DNA of 64,000 bases from an uncultured Verrucomicrobiae bacterium. GTDB lineage: Bacteria; Verrucomicrobiota; Verrucomicrobiia; Opitutales; JABDGR01. The stretch's first letter is position 1, and every line of letters begins with the position of its first letter. A program made the position numbers and the translations under genes. Below, one piece after another: positions 40,867 through 49,832 of the stretch. The notes under the pieces were generated by a model. It worked only from the letters and a program-made list of their open reading frames with translations, was not told the DNA's origin and did no database searches. The stretch lies in NCBI GenBank assembly GCA_963765205.1, contig CAVXVB010000002.1, positions 160,001 to 224,000 of the forward strand, read 5' to 3'.

Positions 40867-41807
40867 AAAAATCCCTCACTGCTGCGGAAGGCTTGCGCAC
40901 CTGGCAGGACATCGGCCAGCATGCCACCCACCGCGCTCTCTCGCCTGTGGCGCGGCGCAACCGCCTCATCCACTGGATCGGCTCCGGCCTGATGTTTGCG
41001 TTCGCCACGTTGATGTTATTACTCGGCGCCTGGGCCTTGCGTGGCTCGACGGCCGTGCCCGCGCGCACCCGTGCCAGCCAGCCTTTCGCCGCGCTCGGCC
41101 AATTCGAGTTTAAGACAGACGGGGTGCTGACCCAGGATTGGGCGATGAATTTCCTCCACTTGCAGCCGGGTGATTCATTGGAGAAGGTGGACGTGTTTGC
41201 ACTGCGCGCGCGTTTGCTGTCGTTGCTCCAAGTGCGCGATGCAACGGTCGAGCGCGTGTTGCCGGGCACCTTGCGCGTCAGTGTTGTGGAGCGCAAACCC
41301 TGGCTGCGGGTGGCCACCGATGACGGACAGGGCGGCTACAAGCTTTACCTCGTGGCGCGCGACGGCACCGTGTTCGCCGGCCAGGACTTTCCCGAGCAAA
41401 TCCTCAACCAACTGCCCTGGATGTCCGGACTGGCCTTGCACCGGGCGAAGGACGGCGGCTTCCAGCCGGTGCCGGGCATGGACGAGGTTTCCGATTTGCT
41501 CTTTGCCGCGCGTGCGCACGTGCCCACAATCGCCGCGCAATGGACCGTCGTGGATTTGAGCCAGTTCGATCCGCGCCCGACGACGCCGCTCCATGGATCG
41601 GTCATTAAAATCCAATCGGGCAATTTGGGCACCCTGACTTTTGCCCCTGCCGATTTTGAAACGCAAATCCACCGGCTGAGTTTCGTGGCTGATCAACTCG
41701 CAGCGAAGCCGATGCTTTTGCACGGTCTTGACTTCTCTCTGTCCAACCAGGTGATTGTACAACCCGTTGTGCCCCCGCCGCCGCTGGCTGCCAGCAGTCT
41801 GCATTAA
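40863..41807 (+). CDS. ftsQ: FtsQ/DivIB-type POTRA protein
   Basis: One TM, VRDATVERVLPGTLRVSVVERKP; between ddl and ftsA. Confidence 0.85.
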   Translation: MKKSLTAAEGLRTWQDIGQHATHRALSPVARRNRLIHWIGSGLMFAFATLMLLLGAWALRGSTAVPARTRASQPFAALGQFEFKTDGVLTQDWAMNFLHLQPGDSLEKVDVFALRARLLSLLQVRDATVERVLPGTLRVSVVERKPWLRVATDDGQGGYKLYLVARDGTVFAGQDFPEQILNQLPWMSGLALHRAKDGGFQPVPGMDEVSDLLFAARAHVPTIAAQWTVVDLSQFDPRPTTPLHGSVIKIQSGNLGTLTFAPADFETQIHRLSFVADQLAAKPMLLHGLDFSLSNQVIVQPVVPPPPLAASSLH

Positions 41808-41828
41808 ATCCCTTTGTTTTTCTTCCCG

Positions 41829-43046
41829 ATGAGCAAATCCCAAATCGTTGCCGCGCTCGACATCGGCACCTCCAAGGCCGTGGTGCTGGTGGGCGAAATT
41901 TTTCGCGGCGACCGGCTGAACATCCTCGGCGTGGGGCAGGCATCATCGCTCGGCGTGCGCAAGGGGGACATCCTGGATTTCATGGCCGCGTGCAATTGCG
42001 CGCACGCCGCATTGCTGGGGGCCGAGCAAAATGCTCGCGCGCAGGCCGAGGTGGCGTTCCTCGCGCAATCCGGCGCGCACCTCGATGGTTTCGCGCAGCA
42101 TGCCGAAGTGGCCGTCAGCGCGGCGGACAACCGGGTGCGCCCGATTGACGTGCAGCGGTTGCTGGCCGAGGCGCGCAAGAAGGAGCTGCCTCCCGGCCGC
42201 CTTGCCATCCACCACATCCGCAATTCCTTCAAGCTCGACGGCCGCCCGGTCGGCGATCCCATCGGTCAGTTGGGCGAAAAACTGGAACTGGGTTTTTGGA
42301 CGGTTACGGGTGACGAATCGCACCTCAGCAACGCCATCCATCTGGTCAACGGCTACAACGGCCTCGAAGTGAAGGACATCATCGTATCGAGCGTTGCCGC
42401 GGCCAACGTCGTCACGCCCGAGATGGATAAAAAAATCGGCGCCCTCGTGCTCGACATTGGCGCGGGCATCACCGATTACGCGCTCTACCGTGACGGCCAC
42501 ATTGTCAAAACCGGCGTCATCCCCATCGGCGGCGACCATTTGACCAACGACCTGAGCCTCGGCCTGCGCATCAGCCGCAAACACGCGGAACGAGTGAAGT
42601 TGAGTTTCGGCCAAGCCGAGGTGGACGCGCAGGCCCGCGCGGAAAAAGTCTGGATGGTCGGCGACAAGAGCGTGGGCGACCGCTATATCCCGCGCCTGGC
42701 CATCTGCCAGATTCTCGAAGCGCGCGTCGAAGAACTTTTTTCCATCGTCAAAAAACACCTTGGCTCGCTCTTGACGCCGGAGGATGTGGCCGGGGGCGTG
42801 ATCCTCACTGGCGGCACCTCGCGCCTGCCCGCCATCGAGCGCGTGGCCGAGCGCGTTCTCGGACTGCCCACCCGCCGCCCCGCCGAGCCCGCGTGGCTGA
42901 CGGAGTCGCTGCGCGGCCCGGAATACAGCGTGGCCGTGGGCCTGCTGCTCTTTGCGCTCAACGCGCCCCAACGCGAAAACCCTAAATCAGCCGCGCACGG
43001 TGGCGACGGGCTGATGAGTCAGATGGCGCGCTGGTTCGGCACCTGA
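41829..43046 (+). CDS. ftsA: cell division protein FtsA
   Basis: ALDIGTSK, LDIGAGITD, IGGDHLTNDL, AERVK and LTGGTS; amphipathic C-terminus. Confidence 0.95.
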   Translation: MSKSQIVAALDIGTSKAVVLVGEIFRGDRLNILGVGQASSLGVRKGDILDFMAACNCAHAALLGAEQNARAQAEVAFLAQSGAHLDGFAQHAEVAVSAADNRVRPIDVQRLLAEARKKELPPGRLAIHHIRNSFKLDGRPVGDPIGQLGEKLELGFWTVTGDESHLSNAIHLVNGYNGLEVKDIIVSSVAAANVVTPEMDKKIGALVLDIGAGITDYALYRDGHIVKTGVIPIGGDHLTNDLSLGLRISRKHAERVKLSFGQAEVDAQARAEKVWMVGDKSVGDRYIPRLAICQILEARVEELFSIVKKHLGSLLTPEDVAGGVILTGGTSRLPAIERVAERVLGLPTRRPAEPAWLTESLRGPEYSVAVGLLLFALNAPQRENPKSAAHGGDGLMSQMARWFGT

Positions 43047-43074
43047 TTATTTTCCTCCGCAACCTCCCTCCTCT

Positions 43075-44382
43075 ATGAACACCTCCGCCCATACGTCCTC
43101 CAGCGCCGACCAAATCCTGTCCGGCCAGATGCCGGAGGACGGCGTGCGCGTGAAAATCGTCGGCGTTGGCGGCGCGGGCACCAACGCGGTGGACCGGCTG
43201 CAGCTCGACCATGTCGGCCTGCGGCTGCGCATCGCCGCGCTGAACACTGACGCGCAGGCGCTCAATTCCTCGCCCGCGCCGGAAAAATTGCTCATTGGAC
43301 GCGGGCTGACGCGCGGTGTGGGCACGGGCGGCGAGGCGGACGTCGGCCGCGCGGCCGCCGAGGCCGACCGCGAGCGCATCACCAAAATTTTCCAGGGCAT
43401 GGACCTGGTGTTTATCGTGGCCGGGCTGGGCGGGGGCACGGGCAGCGGCGCGGCGCCGGTCATCGCGCAAATCGCCACGCAGGCGGGCGCGCTGGTCGTC
43501 GCCTTCGTCATGCTGCCGTTCACCAACGAGGGCGGCCGCCGCCGCCAACTCGCCGACCAGGCCCTCGCCGAATTGCGCCAGACCTGCGACGCCGTCATCC
43601 CGCTGCCCAACGATCTGCTCCTGCAACACCTGCCCGACGACGCCACGGTGCTCGACGCCTTCGGCCAGGCCGACGCGTGGATTGGCCGCGCCATCCGCTC
43701 CATCTCCGCGATTTTGTTCCACACCGGCCTCATCAACCTCGACTTCGCCACGCTGCGGCGCACCTTCACGCCCCGCGGCGGCAAGACGCTCTTTGGCCTC
43801 GGCCACGGTTCCGGCGAGAATTGCGTGGCCGAGGCGTTGCACGACCTCATGCTCTGCCCGCTGCTGCACACGCCCGAGTTGTCGCGCCGGGCGGACCGGC
43901 TGCTGGTTAACATCGTCGGCGGCCCCGAGCTGAGCCTGGCGCGCGTCAATGAAATCGTTGCCGTCATCGCCGAAAAATTCGGCAGCCGCGAGCAGACTGT
44001 TCTCGGTGCGGTGATTGACGAGCGCTTGATCGGGAAACTGGAAATTTGCGTCATCGGCATGACGGAAGTGCGGGCCAAAGGCTCGTCGCTGGCCTCGCTG
44101 CGCACCGCCCCACCCGGCCTGCGGGCCGACGCGCCCGCCCCGGCCCCGAACCAGGCCCCGGCGATTTTCGCCCGGCCCCCGGCCGCCGCCGTGGCCGCGC
44201 CGCCCGTGCATGAATCCAAGCTGCGCGGGCACAAGGACGGCGGCGCGCCGCAAAACGAATTTCACTTTGTCGGCGAGGACGAGCAGCGAGGCTATTTCGA
44301 CCAGACCGAGCGCAACTTCTTTGAAGGCGAAGACCTCGACGTGCCCGCCTATTTGCGGCGGGGGATTAAAATTCAGTTGTGA
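43075..44382 (+). CDS. ftsZ: cell division protein FtsZ
   Basis: GVGGAGTN, NTDAQ, GLGGGTGSG, PFTNEG, GLINLDF and C-terminal DLDVPAYLR. Confidence 0.95.
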   Translation: MNTSAHTSSSADQILSGQMPEDGVRVKIVGVGGAGTNAVDRLQLDHVGLRLRIAALNTDAQALNSSPAPEKLLIGRGLTRGVGTGGEADVGRAAAEADRERITKIFQGMDLVFIVAGLGGGTGSGAAPVIAQIATQAGALVVAFVMLPFTNEGGRRRQLADQALAELRQTCDAVIPLPNDLLLQHLPDDATVLDAFGQADAWIGRAIRSISAILFHTGLINLDFATLRRTFTPRGGKTLFGLGHGSGENCVAEALHDLMLCPLLHTPELSRRADRLLVNIVGGPELSLARVNEIVAVIAEKFGSREQTVLGAVIDERLIGKLEICVIGMTEVRAKGSSLASLRTAPPGLRADAPAPAPNQAPAIFARPPAAAVAAPPVHESKLRGHKDGGAPQNEFHFVGEDEQRGYFDQTERNFFEGEDLDVPAYLRRGIKIQL

Positions 44383-44385
44383 GGC

Positions 44386-45435
44386 TCACTTCACCAGCAG
44401 CGTCGCCAGCCCCAAGAACAGGCCCATGCTGGCCACGTTGGTCGCGGTGGTGAGGAAAATGCTTGAGGCGGTGACGGGGTCGGCGCCGAATCGCTTAAGG
44501 ATCAGGGGCACAACCGCGCCGCAGACACCGCTGATCACGCAACTGCCGACCATGGAGAGGAACACCACGAGGCCGAGCATGGGGGCGGTGGACAAATGAT
44601 GGACGGAGGCGACCCCATACATGGCCAGCCCCGCGACCAACCCGATGAGCGTGCCATTCATCAAACCGAGCAGGCCTTCTTTGATGACCTGCGCCTTGAT
44701 CTTGCCTGTTTTCAGATCACCCAGGATCATTCCGCGCAGGGTGATCGCCAGCGCCTGGCTGCCGGCGTTGCCCGACTGGTCGGCCAGCACTGGCAGAAAA
44801 ATGGTGAGAATCAGCAGCCGGTCAATGGTGCCTTGGAACAAACCGACCACGGCGGCGGCGGCAAAGGAGGTAAGCAGGTTGACCTGCAGCCAGGGCAGCC
44901 GGAGCCGCAGGCTTTTTAACCAGGGCGTGGAGGAACGGACTTCCTTTTCAACGCCCACCATCGCGCCGGGCTGGGCGGTCAACTCGAACGATCTTTTCTG
45001 TTCCGCGACGACGCGCTCGTAGAGATTCTTCGTTTCCTGATGCAGCAGGCGCACTTCGAGCAGGTTATGAACCCGGAGCAACACCTCGGCCAGGTCGAAC
45101 GGTTTGCTGACGAAATCTTTCGCCCCGGCTTTCAGCGCGCGCAGTTTATGCTCCGGTTGGGCCGTCAGCACGATGACCGGCAGATAGCTGTCCTTTTCGA
45201 TTTCCTTCAACTGTTCCATTACCTGGAATCCGTCCAGGCTGGGCATCTGCAAATCGAGCAGGATCAAGTCATAATGGTGTTGGCGGTGCAGCGCGCCGAC
45301 TTGGCCCGAGTCCATTGTGGTCGTGATGGCATCATAGCCGGCCCCGCGCAGCATCTGCTCGAGCAGTGCGACATTGGCCTGTTGATCGTCAACAATCAGG
45401 ATTTTGCCGTGCAGGATGTCCGCTGAACTGATCAT
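44386..45435 (-). CDS. response-regulator receiver domain fused to MgtE-type integral membrane domain
   Basis: N-terminal REC (LIVDD, LLDLQMP, LTA, SKPF), coiled linker, then RLPWL..GNAGSQ..TLRG..G+DP..LTTAT 5-TM MgtE pattern; single uninterrupted ORF. Confidence 0.88.
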   Translation of the reverse strand: MISSADILHGKILIVDDQQANVALLEQMLRGAGYDAITTTMDSGQVGALHRQHHYDLILLDLQMPSLDGFQVMEQLKEIEKDSYLPVIVLTAQPEHKLRALKAGAKDFVSKPFDLAEVLLRVHNLLEVRLLHQETKNLYERVVAEQKRSFELTAQPGAMVGVEKEVRSSTPWLKSLRLRLPWLQVNLLTSFAAAAVVGLFQGTIDRLLILTIFLPVLADQSGNAGSQALAITLRGMILGDLKTGKIKAQVIKEGLLGLMNGTLIGLVAGLAMYGVASVHHLSTAPMLGLVVFLSMVGSCVISGVCGAVVPLILKRFGADPVTASSIFLTTATNVASMGLFLGLATLLVK

Positions 45436-45450
45436 GGCCTGGGTCCTGTG

Positions 45451-48000
45451 TTAGACAATCGAGCCATGGGTTTTTTCGGCAAATTCCAGGGCGTCGTTCA
45501 AGGTTTCACTGAATTCCCGGACCTTAATGGGTTTGGTGAGGTAGCGAAAGAATCCGACCTCGAGGCCCACTTCAATGTCGCGCAACATCGCGTTGGCGCT
45601 GATGGCCACGACAGGGATGTGGGCCGTCGCCTGGTCTTCGCGCAGGATTTTCAAGGCGTCAATCCCGCTGATGCCGGGCAGGTTGATGTCCATCAGGATC
45701 ACGTCGGGCTGGCTGGCGCGGGCCAGCTCGATGCCGAGGGTGCCGTTCACCGCCGTCAACAGCTTGATGTCTGCGCGCTGCGCGATGAGTTGCTCGACGA
45801 GCATCATGTTCGCCGGGTTGTCCTCGATATAGAGCACGGTGTGCATGCGCGCGTCAATCAGGCCGTGCGGTTGCGCGCCAGTGGCTGGCTCGGTCCTTTC
45901 CAGGACCAGGGTGGGCGCCGCGGTCGAGAGCAGTTCAATCCAGAACACGCTGCCCGCTCCGACGGTGCTTTCCACGCCGAGGACGCCATCCATCAGTTCG
46001 GCCAGTTGTTTGGTGACCACCAAGCCGATGCCGGTGCCCGCGACGCCGCCGGCCTCCTGGCCGAGGCGGTTGAACGGCTGGAAGAGCTGCGCAAGTTTTT
46101 CCGGCGCCAGGCCCGCGCCGGTGTCCCGGACGCTGATGCGCGTTCGATCCGGGACGATCGTGGCGCAGTCCACGACCACCGTGCCTTTCTCCTTATTGTA
46201 TTTGATCGCGTTGGAGAGCAGGTTGATGACAATTTGCTTCAAACGCGTGCGGTCGGCCCAGACAAAACTGGGCTGGTCGAACCGGGGAAAAGTCATATGA
46301 ATCCCGCGCTGTTGCGCCTGCGGCTCCATCATGGCCTGGCATTCGGACATGACGTCGGTGAGCGACACCGGCTCCAGCGACAGGGAGACTTTGCCGGACT
46401 CGATGACCGCGAGGTCCAGGATTTCGTTGATCAGTTTGAGCAGATGCCAGCCCGCCTGGAGGATCTGGGCGATACGCGCTGTCTGGACGGGCGTGGGCAA
46501 CGGTGTCGCCGTCTCCATCAATTGCGCGAAGCCGAGGATTGCATTGAGCGGGCTGCGCAGTTCATGGCTCATGCTCGAGAGGAACCCCGATTTGGCGAGG
46601 TTGGCCTTTTCCGCGGTGGACTTGGCGCTCTCCAGCTCGACGTTGGATTCCTGCAAGGCCTGCTCGAAGCGCTTGCGCTCCGTCACGTCGCGTGCGGCGG
46701 CGAACACGCCTTGCAGTCGCCGGTCGCGGTCATAGAAGGTGGTCGCGTTGTAAGACACCACGGTTTCCTTGTCATCGCGTGCGCGCGCGGTGAGTTCGTA
46801 GTCGGTGACCTTTTTCTCGTTTAGCACCAGCTTGATGGCGGCTTCGGCCCGCTCCGGGTCGGTGAAATAGTTTTTGAACGGCGCGCCGATCAATTCGTCG
46901 CGCGTGCAGCCGGTGAGCGCCTCCATCTGCTTGTTGACGTCGGTGATGATGCCGAGGGGGTCGGTGGTCATCAGCGCGTCAATGTTGGATTCGATGAGGG
47001 AGCGGGTGTAGAACTGCTGGTCGCGCAAGCGCTGATCCAGCTTCTTCTGCTCTTCTTCGACCTGTTTGCGCGCGGTGTTATCCGTGCCAATCAACAGGTA
47101 GCCGATGATGCCGCCCTCATCTCCGCGCAACGCCGTGACCGACACGACGGCGGGAAAGCGGCTGCCGTCCTTGCGGATGTAGGTCAATTCGTAGATGTCC
47201 TCGATCCCGCGCGAGGCCTTGAAAACCAGCGCCTCGAAGCCCGGCATGATGGTGGTCGCCAGTTCGACGCTCAACGTTTTGGCCCGCGCAATGAGTTCCT
47301 GCGAATCGGAAATATCGGCCGGCGTGATTTTGTTCAGCACTTCCGCCGCGGTGTAGCCGAGCATGCGTTCGGCGCCGACATTGAACAACTGGATGACGCC
47401 CTTTTCATCCGTGGCGATGCTCGAGAAATTGGCGCTGTTGAAGATGGCGCTCTGCAAGGCCCCGGCCTCGAGCAGCGCCTCTTCCGCGCGCTTGCGGGCG
47501 CTGTTGTCGGTGCCGATCAGCAAATAGCCGATGATGCCGCCCCGCTCGTCGCGCAGCGCCGTGACCGACACGACGGCGGGAAAGCGGCTGCCGTCCTTGC
47601 GGATGTAGGTCAATTCGTAAATGTCCTCGATGCCGCGCGAGGCTTTAAACACCAGAGCTTCGAAGCCTGGTGCAATCGTGGTCCCCAGTTCAAGGCTCAA
47701 GGCGGCGGCGCGCGCGATGACTTCCTGCGGGTCGGAAATGTCCGCGGGCGTGATTTTGTTCATCACGTCTGCGGCCGTGTAGCCCAGCATGCGCTCGGCG
47801 CCGACATTGAAAATCTGAATAACGCCCTTTTCATCGGTGGCGATGCTCGAGAAATTGGCGCTGTTGAGAATTGCGTTCTGCAAGGCTCCCGTCTTTAGCA
47901 CCGCCTCCTGGCGGCGGACTTCCGTGATGACCTCCACCGTGCCGTCGGCCAGATGTTCGACTTCCGGGGTAAATAATACGGGAATTTTCGTGCGGTTCAT
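45451..48000 (-). CDS. cytoplasmic hybrid histidine kinase (3 PAS, HisKA, HATPase, REC)
   Basis: SHELRSPL, NLLSNAIKY, DTGAG, GTGIGL; C-terminal REC LYIEDN..MDINLP..TKP; no TM segment. Confidence 0.95.
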   Translation of the reverse strand: MNRTKIPVLFTPEVEHLADGTVEVITEVRRQEAVLKTGALQNAILNSANFSSIATDEKGVIQIFNVGAERMLGYTAADVMNKITPADISDPQEVIARAAALSLELGTTIAPGFEALVFKASRGIEDIYELTYIRKDGSRFPAVVSVTALRDERGGIIGYLLIGTDNSARKRAEEALLEAGALQSAIFNSANFSSIATDEKGVIQLFNVGAERMLGYTAAEVLNKITPADISDSQELIARAKTLSVELATTIMPGFEALVFKASRGIEDIYELTYIRKDGSRFPAVVSVTALRGDEGGIIGYLLIGTDNTARKQVEEEQKKLDQRLRDQQFYTRSLIESNIDALMTTDPLGIITDVNKQMEALTGCTRDELIGAPFKNYFTDPERAEAAIKLVLNEKKVTDYELTARARDDKETVVSYNATTFYDRDRRLQGVFAAARDVTERKRFEQALQESNVELESAKSTAEKANLAKSGFLSSMSHELRSPLNAILGFAQLMETATPLPTPVQTARIAQILQAGWHLLKLINEILDLAVIESGKVSLSLEPVSLTDVMSECQAMMEPQAQQRGIHMTFPRFDQPSFVWADRTRLKQIVINLLSNAIKYNKEKGTVVVDCATIVPDRTRISVRDTGAGLAPEKLAQLFQPFNRLGQEAGGVAGTGIGLVVTKQLAELMDGVLGVESTVGAGSVFWIELLSTAAPTLVLERTEPATGAQPHGLIDARMHTVLYIEDNPANMMLVEQLIAQRADIKLLTAVNGTLGIELARASQPDVILMDINLPGISGIDALKILREDQATAHIPVVAISANAMLRDIEVGLEVGFFRYLTKPIKVREFSETLNDALEFAEKTHGSIV

Positions 48001-48287
48001 GGTGGATGGTTTTCTACGAGTGGAGCGGTCGGACGCAAATTTGGGGCAGGCTGGCAACGGCGAACCGATGTACAACCCGCCCAAGCAAACCGTATTTTAC
48101 GGCACAGGTTGACAATGCCCGAAAACGCCCGCGCGGGCTATGGGGTGTAACCCTTCTTAAGCGCAGCTCTGCCGAGGGATTCTCTGCTCGCGGCGGATCC
48201 CCTCAGCCGCGAGTCGCGCGATGGTCTGGCCGCCGGAAAACGCAAGAACGAAGCATCAATTATTACTCGCCAGATCCAGACGCAGTT

Positions 48288-48347
48288 TCGTAGCGCCGCG
48301 GTTCGCTCGAATCGCAAAGAAGCGCTGGCTGAAGCTCAGTGCTACGA
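48288..48347. repeat. inverted pair of REP-like units
   Basis: TCGTAGC...GCTACGA ends; the minus-strand unit TCGTAGCACTGAGCTTCAGCCAGCG resembles 8949-8973. Confidence 0.5.
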
Positions 48348-48434
48348 TACAAGCAATTTTTCAAAACAAACCACCGTGGCACCCTTTGGAGAAGATGCCA
48401 TTCATAATCCGCCGGGCGGTCCCGCCACCGTGAT

Positions 48435-49832
48435 TTAGGTCAGGGACAATTTGCCGGTGCTGTCACCGAGCTGGTCATCCGAGGCGCCCACATGGTCGAG
48501 CATGGAGAGCCAGAGGTTGTTGATGGGCGCGCCTGCGGCATCCATGTGGCGGCCGGTCTTGATGGCATTACCGCCGGCTTTGCCAAGCAGGATCAGCGGC
48601 AGGTCATCGTGGTTGTGGCGGTTGCCGTCACTGATGGCGCCACCGTAGGAGATGAGCGAGTTGTCGAGCAGCGAGCCGTTGCCTTCCTTGATCGAGTCCA
48701 GCTTGTCCAGCATATAAACGAACTGCTGCAAGTGGTAAGCATTGATTTTTTGCAGCAGCGCCATTTTTTCCGGGCTGCCCATGTGGTGGGAGGTGCCGTG
48801 GTGCGGAACATTGGCGCCGCCCCAGGGGTAGGACTGGTTGCTGCCTTCGTCGGCGAAGGGGAAGGTCACGATACGGGTGAGGTCGGCCTGGAAAGCCAGC
48901 ACCATCATGTCAATCATCAGTTTGATATGCGTGGGGTATTCGGTGCTCGAAGTGGAAATGCCCACCTTTTGTTCCAGACTCGAATCGTAGGCCGTCGCGG
49001 GCCGCACCGCGCCGGCCGGCAGGGGAGGGGGCGGTTCGTTGGCGGCACGTTGGAGACGGACTTCAATTTCCCGGACAGAGGTCAAATACTGGTCGAGTTT
49101 ATCCCGGTCCGTGGCGGTGAGGCCTTTTTGGACGTTGTTGGCGTCATTAAGGACGAAGTCCAGAATGCTTTTGCTGTCTTTTTCGCGCAAGGCCTTGGCT
49201 TCGGGTGTTTCGCCCGGATTGCCGTTGGAGAAAAGGCGGTCAAAGACGGACTGGGGGTCCACGTCCTTGGCCAGCGGGGTGGTGGGATTGCGCCAGGCGA
49301 GATTATGCTCGTAAGCCTTGAGATAGTTGTTGTCTGTCGCCGCCTTTTTGCCGTCCTCGATCCCGATTTCCAGCGAGGGAAACTTGGTGAAATGGCCGAT
49401 TTTTTGCGCGGCAATCTGGTCGGCGGAAACGCCGAGATGCATGGGCACCGGCGGCTTCCACGGATGCACACCTGTCAGGTAAGCGGCATTGCCGCGGGCA
49501 TGGTCGCCGCCCCCTTCGCCGTAGGCGTTGGCCTTGTCGCAGACGAGGTTGCTGATGACCAGCATGCGGTCGCGGTAAGCCTTCATGACGCTGAGGGTGG
49601 GCGTAAGTTCATAATCCGCGCCCAAGGTGGCGGGGGTCCAGTTCTGCATGTCAATGCCGTTAGGGACGTAGATCCAGGCCAGGCGCTTGGGGCCCGCGGC
49701 GGCCTTGGCGACGGCGGTGTCGGAGATGGCGGCAAAGGAGCGGCAGGGCAGGAGGGATTCGAGAAAGGGCAGCGCCATGGCGGTGCCCAGCCCACGCAAT
49801 ACTTTCCGACGGCTGATGGTGTGTGTGATCAT
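48435..49832 (-). CDS. DUF1552 domain protein
   Basis: ISRRKVLRGLG..LPFLES (Tat-like), YVPNG, SADQIAA, SLEIG, FDRLF, SILD, DLTR, HHGTSHH, EGNGSLLDN and GNRHNH. Confidence 0.92.
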   Translation of the reverse strand: MITHTISRRKVLRGLGTAMALPFLESLLPCRSFAAISDTAVAKAAAGPKRLAWIYVPNGIDMQNWTPATLGADYELTPTLSVMKAYRDRMLVISNLVCDKANAYGEGGGDHARGNAAYLTGVHPWKPPVPMHLGVSADQIAAQKIGHFTKFPSLEIGIEDGKKAATDNNYLKAYEHNLAWRNPTTPLAKDVDPQSVFDRLFSNGNPGETPEAKALREKDSKSILDFVLNDANNVQKGLTATDRDKLDQYLTSVREIEVRLQRAANEPPPPLPAGAVRPATAYDSSLEQKVGISTSSTEYPTHIKLMIDMMVLAFQADLTRIVTFPFADEGSNQSYPWGGANVPHHGTSHHMGSPEKMALLQKINAYHLQQFVYMLDKLDSIKEGNGSLLDNSLISYGGAISDGNRHNHDDLPLILLGKAGGNAIKTGRHMDAAGAPINNLWLSMLDHVGASDDQLGDSTGKLSLT

